Virus record (IMG/VR): IMGVR_UViG_3300031466_000001
Span: 32,001-96,000 of that record
Reading direction: 5' to 3' (one strand)
DNA from: a virus
Taxonomy: Duplodnaviria; Caudoviricetes
Length of the DNA: 64,000 bases
Numbering within the stretch: position 1 is the stretch's first letter; each line of letters opens with the position of its first letter. The translations under genes were made by a program, and so were the position numbers. Under the pieces are notes generated by a model. That model made no database searches. It was not told where the DNA came from and was given only the letters and a program-made list of their open reading frames with translations. Shown here piece after piece: positions 18,489 to 28,112 of the stretch.

Positions 18489-20740
18489 TAATAAGATATT
18501 TTACGAATATCATCAATCTTGTATCTAAATGGTAAAAGGACCGCAATCATATCATAATTTTCATCAAATTCCACACTATCGTCCACATAAAATTTACTGA
18601 CAGGAATTCTGCTATAGTACTTGATTTTATCCGTCAAGTCGTTATCTTTAAGGAATTTAATAAGACCATCTAAAGATAAATTAACGCCTTTTAATGAATA
18701 TCGTCTGGTAATAAAGTAGTTTATTTCTTTCAGTTCTTTTTCTTTCTCGGTCAGTCCGAAATAAACCATAGGGTTGGGATCATTTTTAAATCTAGCTGGA
18801 AGGGCCGGAATGCTCCTGAACTTTCTCAAAACTTCCTGCTCCATTTCCTTTTTTATTTCAGAATATCTATTGATGAAATTTTCTCTAACCGCTTGATCAT
18901 ATGAATTTAGTGCCTCAATCGATTTTTCGATGTATTTAACCTTTTTATCTACAAGATCTTTATTGTAGTTCTTAAGTTTACCCCTAGTTACGAAATGTAC
19001 ATCTTCGATTTCAGACAGATCATATGGTGTATATAAACTGGTATCCTTTTTCAACAAATTGGGATCTCCGGCTTTAATAATTTCGGCAACGAATTGACTA
19101 CAAAAATATTCATTTTCCCTTGAGGTTTCCTTACCTCTAGCGATATTAAATAAACCGATAAAGCTAAATTTGAGTTTGTTGGCGTTTTTCTTAAATTCTT
19201 CGAGCCTCTTTTTCATCAATCTGTATTTATCGTCATTGACAAACATAACATATAGCGAATAATTAGCATGATCTGATACGTCTTTGAAGATACCATCCCG
19301 GATATCTTCGTTAATAAAAGTCATTTTGTCATCTTTATATTTACGCCCAAAGCTATAAACATCCCTCATACTACTATCGAAACTAATACTTGCATGACTA
19401 TAAGGATCTCCGGTGAAGAATCGTATCAGTTTAGCCATATTAGTGTTGGTATATGTCAGGAGTATGAATACAGGGTGTCTCTTTTCTTTTGAGTCCATTC
19501 TTTCTAATAAAATTGTCCTATATTCTAATGCCATTTCTAAGGTTTTCTCCATGAAAATAGATTCATCGACTTTATAATTTTCTTCTACCATATTCTCTTG
19601 ATGATTGACAACTTGTGGCATCAATTCTGTATCAATAAAAATAACATGTTCTTGAGAATATGGTGATTTAGAATGTTGGAGAGCATAGGCTCTTTCACCA
19701 CGTAGAGTTGTTTCGAAACGTCTAAGAACATCTTTATTATTTTTATACTTATTCACAAATTCTTTTTGCTTTCTTTGATATTCGGAGAGAATTTCTCCGC
19801 CGTTTATAACACCCATAACAAAATCATTATTTGTATTTCTAATAAAATCATTAACAATTTCTTTTGCCGCTCTTTTTCCCTGATTAATTAACATATTCTC
19901 GTTCACAGGTTCTGCATCAGAAATAGCAGATCTACGATCGGTTAAAGTATTTTTAACAATGAAGATAGGTTTGAATTTAGGTTCAGATCCATCTGTTTTT
20001 TCATTCATTTCACTATACTGCTGTTTTAATCTATAAAGGAATTCGAAGAACGGATCATAATTTTTATTAGTTAACTTAATATAGCTGAACTGATTTTGGC
20101 TCATGATCACAGCATCTTTAAGCTGCTCTTTCTTCTTGTCAACATTTTGAATTTTATGATGTTTGTTTGGATTATCTCCACCGTCTTTGATCTCGATTTC
20201 GAGGCCAAGAGACGGAATGAAGAAATCTGGGATATAGAATTTCTTCTCTCCTTCATACTCATAATAATAAGTATGGGGTGAAGGAGACATTATGTCATCG
20301 GAGTCAAAATCCATAAATACGTCAAGAAATTTCAAAAAATCTAATTCATATGAGCCAGTATAGGGAATTTTTTTGCCATCAGACCAAGTATATTCACCGG
20401 AAATAGATCTCTTTGAAAGCATTTCTCGTTGTTTATCAGGATCGCTGAGAAGATGAACCTTACCATATTTACCAATCATACGGTTCTTAAAAATATTCCG
20501 GTATGTTTCTTTACATTTAGGATTTTTACAAAACCGATGGTATTTACCGGTTTTTTCATTCCATTCGGTAGGACGTTTGTCAATTACACATCGTCCTTCG
20601 GTTTTTCCAGTTCTTAGGGCATATTCGAATTGTGCGACAGTGAAATTTTTGGGAATTTTATCTTCATGCTCGTTGCCAATATGATCGATAAGTGATTCGT
20701 AAGAATTATATTTCTCATCACATAATTTACATTTAAACAT
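18488..20740 (-). CDS. Multidomain late protein: C2H2 Zn finger + PD-(D/E)xK (TnsA/head-completion-like) nuclease + permuted papain-like NlpC/P60 domain
   Basis: CKLC...HIGNEH; YIPDFFIPSLGLEIEIKDG; PYSHASIS...YFCSQFVA (His before Cys). Confidence 0.75.
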   Translation of the reverse strand: MFKCKLCDEKYNSYESLIDHIGNEHEDKIPKNFTVAQFEYALRTGKTEGRCVIDKRPTEWNEKTGKYHRFCKNPKCKETYRNIFKNRMIGKYGKVHLLSDPDKQREMLSKRSISGEYTWSDGKKIPYTGSYELDFLKFLDVFMDFDSDDIMSPSPHTYYYEYEGEKKFYIPDFFIPSLGLEIEIKDGGDNPNKHHKIQNVDKKKEQLKDAVIMSQNQFSYIKLTNKNYDPFFEFLYRLKQQYSEMNEKTDGSEPKFKPIFIVKNTLTDRRSAISDAEPVNENMLINQGKRAAKEIVNDFIRNTNNDFVMGVINGGEILSEYQRKQKEFVNKYKNNKDVLRRFETTLRGERAYALQHSKSPYSQEHVIFIDTELMPQVVNHQENMVEENYKVDESIFMEKTLEMALEYRTILLERMDSKEKRHPVFILLTYTNTNMAKLIRFFTGDPYSHASISFDSSMRDVYSFGRKYKDDKMTFINEDIRDGIFKDVSDHANYSLYVMFVNDDKYRLMKKRLEEFKKNANKLKFSFIGLFNIARGKETSRENEYFCSQFVAEIIKAGDPNLLKKDTSLYTPYDLSEIEDVHFVTRGKLKNYNKDLVDKKVKYIEKSIEALNSYDQAVRENFINRYSEIKKEMEQEVLRKFRSIPALPARFKNDPNPMVYFGLTEKEKELKEINYFITRRYSLKGVNLSLDGLIKFLKDNDLTDKIKYYSRIPVSKFYVDDSVEFDENYDMIAVLLPFRYKIDDIRKISY

Positions 20741-20767
20741 AGCTATCCTCCGTTCTTACGTTAGTAT

Positions 20768-20779
20768 TAACTAATTGTT
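20768..20779 (-). promoter_or_regulatory. Late promoter AACA-N6-TA
   Basis: AACA attagt TA. Confidence 0.7.
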
Positions 20780-20850
20780 TCTTTGCTTAAATAGTGTATT
20801 TTTGATTATATATTGTTAAAATAACAAATAGATATATCTTTGGGTGGTGA

Positions 20851-21432
20851 TTGTTAATGAGACTTTCTACTACCGAAGCTCATACGTTATATGTGTTGAT
20901 TAAAACGGTAAAAGATTTAATAAATGAAAATGATTTTTCTACACTGAATAGGATTAATGAAAGGTATATCGAATTGATTCCTATGTGGGAATCTTTGCTA
21001 AATAAATATAATTCTAGAATTATGGACTATCTAAATATTATAGGTCATCAATTTATAGAAGATTTTGAAGACGGTTATAGAATTTATCATGATAGAGTCA
21101 TATTGGTAGATGATAATTATATGAGAGATATATCAGAATTCGTAGACGATTTCAAACAGTATTCCTTATTGATCTTAGAAGGATTTAAAGGACTAAAAAA
21201 TAAACTTGACCAATTTATTGATCAATTAAAAGAAATAAATAAATCGATGAAGGAAATCGGTGTTCAGGTAGATTTTGAAATATCTTCTATCATAGAAGGA
21301 AATTTATTTTCTAGTGGGCAAAATGGGTGGTATGATCTATACAAAATGGCTACCTTTATCTTTAGCGAAATTGAAAAAGTGGAAAAAATAACTGAAGAGT
21401 GGAAATGGTCTTATATTCAAAATAATAAATAA
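20851..21432 (+). CDS. Hypothetical protein (paralog of next gene)
   Basis: STTEAHTLY, LKEINKSM and NGWYDLYK motifs shared with 21533..22084; AACA-N6-TA at 20823-20834. Confidence 0.6.
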   Translation: MLMRLSTTEAHTLYVLIKTVKDLINENDFSTLNRINERYIELIPMWESLLNKYNSRIMDYLNIIGHQFIEDFEDGYRIYHDRVILVDDNYMRDISEFVDDFKQYSLLILEGFKGLKNKLDQFIDQLKEINKSMKEIGVQVDFEISSIIEGNLFSSGQNGWYDLYKMATFIFSEIEKVEKITEEWKWSYIQNNK

Positions 21433-21464
21433 GGAAGAGAAGTACTTCTCTTCCTTATTTATTA
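21424..21464 (+). terminator. Rho-independent terminator
   Basis: AATAAATAAGGAAGAGAAG/CTTCTCTTCCTTATTTATT palindrome. Confidence 0.75.
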
Positions 21465-21532
21465 TTGGAAATTTATATATTTTATTTATATATAATAATT
21501 TTGAATAACGAATAGGAGGATAAATAAAAAAT

Positions 21533-22084
21533 ATGAGTACGAGAAATATTACAACAAAAGAAGCCGGTAAGATCTATAACTTCTTATGCATTACAATTCT
21601 TATCATCGACAATAATGATTTTCGTATTCCCGGAAAGGAAGGTAAAACTAAGACTAAAAGAAACGAATTATTACATAACAAACTCAAAGAACTCAATAAA
21701 TTTTATGTGGATAATTTTAACCATATTGATAAATTTAAAAATGCTCTCAACTTATATATCGGTGGAAGTTACAGTGTATCTGATTTGGAAAAAATGATGT
21801 TGGAGCGAGATGCGACCATTGACTTCATTAATCAGGCACGCTCATATTTCAAGTTATATCTACTAACATTTAAAACATCAGCAGAAAGATTTGGCATGAT
21901 CTTATTTCGTCTCAGACAAATTAATGCAATGATGAGAAAGAATCTGGATGTTGAATTTGATGAAGATGCAATAATAAATGTTGATGAAGATGGAAATATC
22001 AACAACTGGCTCACTATATATAAAAGAATAGAGCCTCTATATAGAGACAGCAATCTAGTCCTGAAGTTCCTTAAGAAAATATGA
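21533..22084 (+). CDS. Hypothetical protein (paralog of previous gene)
   Basis: TTKEAGKIY, LRQINAMM, NNWLTIYK; RBS AGGAGG. Confidence 0.6.
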   Translation: MSTRNITTKEAGKIYNFLCITILIIDNNDFRIPGKEGKTKTKRNELLHNKLKELNKFYVDNFNHIDKFKNALNLYIGGSYSVSDLEKMMLERDATIDFINQARSYFKLYLLTFKTSAERFGMILFRLRQINAMMRKNLDVEFDEDAIINVDEDGNINNWLTIYKRIEPLYRDSNLVLKFLKKI

Positions 22085-22211
22085 GAGGGTAATAAACCCC
22101 TCTCATATTTTTTTGTTTTTTTTTTCTCTATATACAGGAAACGCTTATATATTTTTTCATTAGGGAGACATATTAATAAAATTCTATATCTAAGAAACGA
22201 GGTGATGTAGT

Positions 22212-22637
22212 GTGGCTAATGGAATAGGGAGGGAAGTGCTATTCGGTCTGGATAATTTCCATAAACCCAAAATGCTCTCCCTGAAAGATAGCATCGCCCA
22301 GCAATTAATTAATCTGCTCCTTATGAGGCCGGGTAATATTCCTTCTCAGCCTAATTTGGGTATTAACATAAGCAAGTATCTTTATAGTATTCAAGATGGG
22401 TTTGATGCTGAGATAATAAAACAGCAAATATACAGCCAGTGTTCCCAACTCATGCCATATATTTCTCTTGGTGAAGTTATGATTTTTGTAACCACATATA
22501 AAGGATTAGACTTACTTTTGGTTTCTATCCCAATCGTTTTACCTAACGATCAAACAAATCTTCTCATCGGTTTTTCAAATACTCAAAATGATATAAATAT
22601 CGCATATCAATTCGAAGAAATGTCGGCCGCGGTTTAA
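22212..22637 (+). CDS. Baseplate wedge protein (gp25/gpW-like)
   Basis: 'SIAQQLINLLLMRPGNIPSQPNLGINISKYLY' gp25 signature. Confidence 0.75.
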   Translation: MANGIGREVLFGLDNFHKPKMLSLKDSIAQQLINLLLMRPGNIPSQPNLGINISKYLYSIQDGFDAEIIKQQIYSQCSQLMPYISLGEVMIFVTTYKGLDLLLVSIPIVLPNDQTNLLIGFSNTQNDINIAYQFEEMSAAV

Positions 22638-22675
22638 TACCCTGAAAAAAAATAAAAGAAGAGAGGTAGAACCAC

Positions 22676-24307
22676 ATGTCCAACGAAAATCTCAATTCTA
22701 ATGGAATGAATTTGAGCGACATTAAAAGACAGGCTATGGAGCAAGAAGCTCAAAGGCAACAAGAAGAGAATAATGAAGCAGTAAACAACTCTAACTCTTC
22801 GCCTAATGAACAAGAAAACGAAAGCTCTGCAGAAAATTCATCTGTTAATTCTAAACCCGTTGATGAAAAAGGGAGTTCTGTTGTTCTCCCCAAAGACGAT
22901 TCGTTTATTATGGCAGTCGATACCAAAAAAGGTTTCCATGTTGTTCATGCTGATCAAGCACAACCCCCAGAATCCCCTTCGGGTTCGGGTCTGATCATCG
23001 AGAATAATAGAGAAGAAAATGCACAACATGGAGCCCTTGCAAATGCTCTCCCTTATGGTGTTATGCCTGAAACTGCTGAAAGTATTGCCAACTATATGAG
23101 GGAAATGGATAAGCAAATTGAAGAAGAACGACAAAAAGCTTTGGCTGCAGGTTACAATGAAGAAGCTGCAGCAAGAGGAGAAAAACAAACTCCCAAAAGA
23201 AGTGACGATGAAACCGATGAAGAGGAAGAATTTGATCAAGAGAAGTATGATAAAGCTATTGTCATTATTGATAAATCTGGAATGGGTCAAGTTATTAACT
23301 TCACCGACGAAGAGCGTGAGAAACTTAAAAAGGTTCGCTCCATAACTCTCAAAGAAGTCGAAGTACAACAACTTGAAACCCTGAAAATCCGTAAAGCTAA
23401 GAAGAATTCGGTTGATAAAATTCTCAATTACACTTCGCACGTACACACTACCCCCATCGTTCTTACGGCATCTGGCTATACTGCTGTGATGAAGGGACTC
23501 TCTACCTATGAGCTTATTTCCCTCATGAGCAGCAGCCAAAATGCTCTCATTGATGCTAGGACCAGATGGAGTTTGTTGCACAGCAAGATTGTCGATAGTA
23601 GCATTGGTAAAATGGATTTCGACGCATTCCTCAAAAATACTGCTGCTGTTGACTATAACACCCTCATTTACGGTGTGCTTGTTGCAACATATCCGGATGA
23701 TGACAAATATCCTCTCAAATGTCCTAAATGTGACAAGAACTTTGAACATCCGTACAGTCCACGCTCTCTCATTAGAGCCGAGAAGATGTCTGACAGGCTG
23801 ATGGAGCTCGTTAAGACCATTGTTGACGGTTCTCATACTGCCCAATCCGCTAAGGAAGTTCATGAGAGCTCTCCGCTCAATACGGTTAAACGTATTCTCC
23901 TACCTGTTAGTGGCTTCTATGTGGATCTCCATGTCCAAAGCGCATACGATCTTATCAATAATTCCATTGAAGCACTTACCAGAAATAATGAAGAGAAATA
24001 TAACCAAGCTGCGGTTCTGGGTACGGCAGTTAAGCAATTTATTACTCCTGACCCGGAAAATCCTGGCGAATGGCTTGGATATGAAGACGCACTTGATATC
24101 ACCAAACTCATTTACAATCTGAGGGATACTGACATTCTCGCATTGACGAAACAAACCGAAATTATTATGGGTGATCTCTCGTTTGATTTCGGTCTGATGG
24201 ATGTTAGATGTCCGCATTGTGCACATCACGAAAAAACCATTCCGATTGACATTGAATCTGTCCTTTTTTACCGGTATCGACAGGCGATGAATACAGAAAT
24301 CGAGTAA
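22676..24307 (+). CDS. Baseplate hub/tail assembly chaperone (T4 gp26-like)
   Basis: Follows gp25-like gene; CPKC and CPHC zinc knuckles; acidic disordered N-terminus. Confidence 0.6.
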   Translation: MSNENLNSNGMNLSDIKRQAMEQEAQRQQEENNEAVNNSNSSPNEQENESSAENSSVNSKPVDEKGSSVVLPKDDSFIMAVDTKKGFHVVHADQAQPPESPSGSGLIIENNREENAQHGALANALPYGVMPETAESIANYMREMDKQIEEERQKALAAGYNEEAAARGEKQTPKRSDDETDEEEEFDQEKYDKAIVIIDKSGMGQVINFTDEEREKLKKVRSITLKEVEVQQLETLKIRKAKKNSVDKILNYTSHVHTTPIVLTASGYTAVMKGLSTYELISLMSSSQNALIDARTRWSLLHSKIVDSSIGKMDFDAFLKNTAAVDYNTLIYGVLVATYPDDDKYPLKCPKCDKNFEHPYSPRSLIRAEKMSDRLMELVKTIVDGSHTAQSAKEVHESSPLNTVKRILLPVSGFYVDLHVQSAYDLINNSIEALTRNNEEKYNQAAVLGTAVKQFITPDPENPGEWLGYEDALDITKLIYNLRDTDILALTKQTEIIMGDLSFDFGLMDVRCPHCAHHEKTIPIDIESVLFYRYRQAMNTEIE

Positions 24308-24534
24308 AACAGTACTATCAGTTTTACGACGAATTCCTTGAACTCTTCAAGGGACAAATCAGTCTTGATCAGGTGAAGCATGAGCTTCCCTATAGGGAAG
24401 CTCTCCTTCTCCGAGATGTGAGGATTGAACGTCTCAAAAAGGAGAGAGAGGAATTGGAAAAAGAGCGCAAAGAAGAGGCTGCTAGACAGCAAGCTGAAGC
24501 TGCGCGCAACAAAATTTACATCGCCAGACGGTGA
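24256..24534 (+). CDS. -1 frame extension of the chaperone (G/GT-type frameshift product)
   Basis: Open -1 frame with no ATG: ...KQYYQFYDEFLELFKGQISLDQVKHELPYREALLLRDVRIERLKKE...RR*; overlap contains CCTTTTTTA (24262-24270). Confidence 0.65.
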   Translation: MCPFLPVSTGDEYRNRVKQYYQFYDEFLELFKGQISLDQVKHELPYREALLLRDVRIERLKKEREELEKERKEEAARQQAEAARNKIYIARR

Positions 24535-24582
24535 GCACCCCTTCCTGTCGATACTGAAAGCTTTTGAAAGGGGTAAAGAGAA

Positions 24583-24882
24583 ATGGCGAGAACCTCTGTT
24601 GATTCTTCCGCAGATAGTACTCATACGCTTATTTCGACCAATATTGTGAGAACTCCGGTTAACCATTTCTGGCTTGTGAAATTATCTGGAGGTTATCTCA
24701 CCTATACTGAAGTAAAAGCAATGGAAGATTACGAGTTCTATGAGATCTTGAATCATTTATTACACTATGGTAAAGAATATATGTCCAAACAAGTAAGACC
24801 CTCCCAACAGGCTTCGATTGAAAATCCGGAGGAGAATGATACATTGGCTTCTTCTCTGGAGGAGGGAGGGCATCATGCTTGA
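24583..24882 (+). CDS. Hypothetical protein
   Basis: RBS AAGGGG; 99 aa, overlaps next start. Confidence 0.45.
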   Translation: MARTSVDSSADSTHTLISTNIVRTPVNHFWLVKLSGGYLTYTEVKAMEDYEFYEILNHLLHYGKEYMSKQVRPSQQASIENPEENDTLASSLEEGGHHA

Positions 24883-25267
24883 TGTAATTACACTTTTCAA
24901 TCAGCTAACTCACGATGAGTTAGCTGATTATTCACTATTCGAAAAAGTTTTGGATTCGCACTACGAAAAATTTAAATATTTCTATCGTTTGATGGAAAAT
25001 ATTTCCCTTGAAGGAGTTAATAAGATACGCTGTTCTAATTCTGACAGTCCGGGAGCAATTGAATTTAGAATCGACTTCGAAAGTAATAAAAATCTCAGAG
25101 AATTTAATAAGGAATTTTCTAATATTGCAAAAACCTTTAAAGGTTATCCTGCAAAGTATTTTTCAGTCGATATTAAAGTCGATAAAAAATCCCTCTACAT
25201 CACTATAGAGAACAAAAACATCTGTAGTGAGGAGGATATTTATGAAGATAGATTTAATTCCAACTAA
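24875..25267 (+). CDS. Hypothetical protein
   Basis: Strong RBS GGAGG before ATG 24875. Confidence 0.6.
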   Translation: MLDVITLFNQLTHDELADYSLFEKVLDSHYEKFKYFYRLMENISLEGVNKIRCSNSDSPGAIEFRIDFESNKNLREFNKEFSNIAKTFKGYPAKYFSVDIKVDKKSLYITIENKNICSEEDIYEDRFNSN

Positions 25268-26822
25268 AGAATTTATAGTTATAAACCGCTTAAAAGAAGT
25301 ATCTGATCCCATTCTCTTTGAGAAGGGTAATATTCCAACAGCAAAGGGTTTGTTGTCTACTGAAATTTTCGGTGTATCTGTAAAAGAAAGACAAGAAAAC
25401 TGGGGTTTTATTGACCTCGGTGGTCATTTCCTTCAACCTTTCATCTACAAACTTCTCAGAAGAATGAATAGAAACTTTGAGCATATTGTTCACGGTACGA
25501 AACGCTTCAAAGTCGAAAAGGGTAATCTTGTTGTAGATGAAGAAAATGGAGACACTGGCTTAGAATTTCTCTATAAAGTATGGGATGAATTAAATTTTGA
25601 GAAAAATAACAGTATGATGCGTAATGAGCGTATCGACGTTTTGAACGCATATAAGAAAGACACAATTTTTACGACCACATGTATCGTTATTCCCGCATTT
25701 TATCGGGATGTTAATCTTCAGTCTTCCCAGGTGGGTAAGATCTCCCACCATGAGATCAACGACAAATACTCGAAACTGATTCGCAATGCATCAATTCTCA
25801 AAAACGGAAACAGTTTTGAATTTGAGCTTAATGGTGTAAGAGCAAAAATTCAAATGACCTTAGTAGAAATTTATGATCTCTTGAAATCTAGAATTGAGAA
25901 AAAGCATGGTCTTATAAAGAAATCTCTTCTCGGTAAATCAATTGACTACGGTGCTCGCTCAGTTATTTCTGCTCCTGTATTTAAAGCAGAAAGACCTGAG
26001 GACATGATGGTGGATTTCTACCATTGTGGTATTCCTCTGGCCCAATGTTGTTCCTTGTTCACTCCATTTATTGTGGCATGGGTGAAAAGGTTCTTCCAGC
26101 GGGAGATTGAGAGACTTGGTAATAGATACCCTGTGATGAAGAAAAACGGAGAAATCAAGTATGTGCATTTAAAAGATCCTGAGCTTTATTTCAACGAAGA
26201 ATATATAAAGAAACAAATCGACAAATTTATTTTCAGCTATGGGGACAGATTCGAACCCATCATGCTTCCTGTAGATGATCCTGAGTTCAAAGATGGCGTC
26301 TATATGAGTTTTGCAGGACGTTTCTTCAAACAAGGTGTACCTGAAGAAGAATCACCTCTTGTTGATCGTCCCGCAACATGGTGTGACGTATTGTTCCAAG
26401 CTGCAGTTGATGTTACATCTAATAAAATGGTATATATCACACGATATCCCGTACTCGACTATTTCGGAATGTTCCCTTCGAAAGTTACAGTACTTAGCAC
26501 GCATGATACGGTGCCTATGTATGTTGGTTCTAAACTCTATAAAAATTATCCCAATGTTGATATCAAAATGCCCAAAGATAAAGTATCTGTATATTTCGTC
26601 GATACCATAACAATGTCAAATCTTTTCCTTCATGGTCTCGGTGGGGACTACGATGGGGACCAGGTTACAGTAAAAGGTCTTTATTCGCAGGAAGCTAATA
26701 GAGAGGCTGAAGAGATAATGATGGGGAAACATCACATCTTGAATATCTACGGACAGAATATGCGTAAAACGACCAACGAAGGTATTCAGACGCTTTACAT
26801 GCTTACTAAATTTGAAAAATGA
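25242..26822 (+). CDS. rpoC: Phage multisubunit RNAP beta' N-terminal/catalytic subunit (probably virion RNAP)
   Basis: GLLSTEIFG, GLIKKSLLGKSIDYGARSVI, ITRYPVL, catalytic GGDYDGD; sits in a structural operon. Confidence 0.9.
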   Translation: MKIDLIPTKEFIVINRLKEVSDPILFEKGNIPTAKGLLSTEIFGVSVKERQENWGFIDLGGHFLQPFIYKLLRRMNRNFEHIVHGTKRFKVEKGNLVVDEENGDTGLEFLYKVWDELNFEKNNSMMRNERIDVLNAYKKDTIFTTTCIVIPAFYRDVNLQSSQVGKISHHEINDKYSKLIRNASILKNGNSFEFELNGVRAKIQMTLVEIYDLLKSRIEKKHGLIKKSLLGKSIDYGARSVISAPVFKAERPEDMMVDFYHCGIPLAQCCSLFTPFIVAWVKRFFQREIERLGNRYPVMKKNGEIKYVHLKDPELYFNEEYIKKQIDKFIFSYGDRFEPIMLPVDDPEFKDGVYMSFAGRFFKQGVPEEESPLVDRPATWCDVLFQAAVDVTSNKMVYITRYPVLDYFGMFPSKVTVLSTHDTVPMYVGSKLYKNYPNVDIKMPKDKVSVYFVDTITMSNLFLHGLGGDYDGDQVTVKGLYSQEANREAEEIMMGKHHILNIYGQNMRKTTNEGIQTLYMLTKFEK

Positions 26823-26965
26823 TAGAACCAAAATAAAAAAAGATAATAGACTATATGCATAAAGCATTTATAGTCTATTATCTTTTTTCGTATTTTATTG
26901 GTTATTAAATATACATTATAGACACGAGTATAAGAAATAAAAACCAATAACGCGGGAGGTGCCGT

Positions 26966-27040
26966 ATGAGAATTACACTCACGGACAGGATTCTGAGAAG
27001 CGGTCCCTATGAGGGCGAGACCGTTGGTAGACCGGCTTGA
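26966..27040 (+). CDS. 24-aa micro-ORF or gene remnant
   Basis: RBS GGGAGGTG, MRITLTDRILRSGPYEGETVGRPA*, flanked by terminators, early-like motif ATACATTAT upstream. Confidence 0.4.
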   Translation: MRITLTDRILRSGPYEGETVGRPA

Positions 27041-27057
27041 TTAAAGTTTGGTCGTCG

Positions 27058-27096
27058 AAATATCCCATAGGGGGTCTTCCCCCTATGGGATATTTT
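27058..27096. terminator. Bidirectional terminator
   Basis: AAATATCCCATAGGGG/CCCCTATGGGATATTT inverted repeat. Confidence 0.85.
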
Positions 27097-27097
27097 C

Positions 27098-27562
27098 TTA
27101 TTTCTTAGTAACCTTATCCGGCTTAATATCTTTTTTTTCTTGATTTCGTGCATTTGCATTATTCTTATTGGAGTTATTTTTTTCTTGTTGTTTATTTTCT
27201 TCCGAGGAAGGTTCATTTCCCTCTACCTTATTATTTTCTTCACTTTCTTCAGGTTTTTTGTCAACTTCAGTATCCTCAACCTTGGTAAAATCAGAGGGTA
27301 CAGGAATTTTGGGGTTTTTGTCAACGGTAACTTTTTCTTCTTGTTCTTGCTTAGTAAAATCTTGCTTGAAGTTACTAAGGGTAAGTTTAATTTCTCTTCC
27401 GTCAACAACTTCGTACACAGGGATTCCTGCAACCAGCATTTGTTGGATCACATCAAGATCTTCCTTGTAAGGAGTGACAATAGGTCCATAGACGCCTTGT
27501 TTGGCATAAATGGGACCATTATATGGAATATGAATACGTTTCGTTGGTTTCATTTGTTCCAC
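27098..27562 (-). CDS. Hypothetical late protein
   Basis: Folded N-terminal domain (GPIVTPY) plus low-complexity tail; end of a late operon. Confidence 0.6.
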   Translation of the reverse strand: MEQMKPTKRIHIPYNGPIYAKQGVYGPIVTPYKEDLDVIQQMLVAGIPVYEVVDGREIKLTLSNFKQDFTKQEQEEKVTVDKNPKIPVPSDFTKVEDTEVDKKPEESEENNKVEGNEPSSEENKQQEKNNSNKNNANARNQEKKDIKPDKVTKK

Positions 27563-27571
27563 CCTTTCATA

Positions 27572-28036
27572 TTAGTTATTACGGATGTCTTCTTCGATGC
27601 GATTGATCCGTCGCTCGTTTTCTTCAATCTCTCGCTGACAACGCATGGACTGCATAGTGTTACCACGTTTACGGAAGAATTCTAATTCTCCACGAAGACG
27701 TTCATTTTTTGCCTTGAGTTTGTTAATTTCCCGCTTCAGCTCTTCAATATGTTGAGGTGAGAGCTTCGTTACTGTAGCAGCAAGATTTTCTACAAGGGTA
27801 GAAATCTCTTGCTCAACCTCTGCTTCCTCGACTTCAGAGCCACTATACTCGGGAATAGTCTCTACGAGTGCTTTGATTTCAGGATCATTTTCAGCACCGA
27901 TTACAACATAGTCAATATCATCGAGAAATGCATCACGGACTTCATCAGAAGCCTCGCTTGCATTTTCAAGAATAGCATCAAAGAGAAAATTTTCATTCTC
28001 TTCAGAACGCAAGGCTTTCTTCAATCCTTCAATCAA
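27572..28036 (-). CDS. Probable head protein: acidic propeptide + basic coiled coil
   Basis: N-terminus shared with 28113..28382 (IGAENDPEIK); late promoter 28072-28083. Confidence 0.6.
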   Translation of the reverse strand: MIEGLKKALRSEENENFLFDAILENASEASDEVRDAFLDDIDYVVIGAENDPEIKALVETIPEYSGSEVEEAEVEQEISTLVENLAATVTKLSPQHIEELKREINKLKAKNERLRGELEFFRKRGNTMQSMRCQREIEENERRINRIEEDIRNN

Positions 28037-28112
28037 ATTACCCCAACCTCCTTTCAGGTAGACATAAAGATTAAGGATTTGTTTAATTAATATACGAGAT
28101 AAATTAGTTTGA

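Noticed and set aside
6404-22114. Shared stem ATATGAGAGG/CCTCTCATAT at ~6411 and ~22080 as a mobile repeat
   Set aside because: Only two short copies, both explained as terminators
24425-24649. 74-aa track ORF
   Set aside because: Lies in a different frame from the more protein-like -1 extension and overlaps it and the next gene
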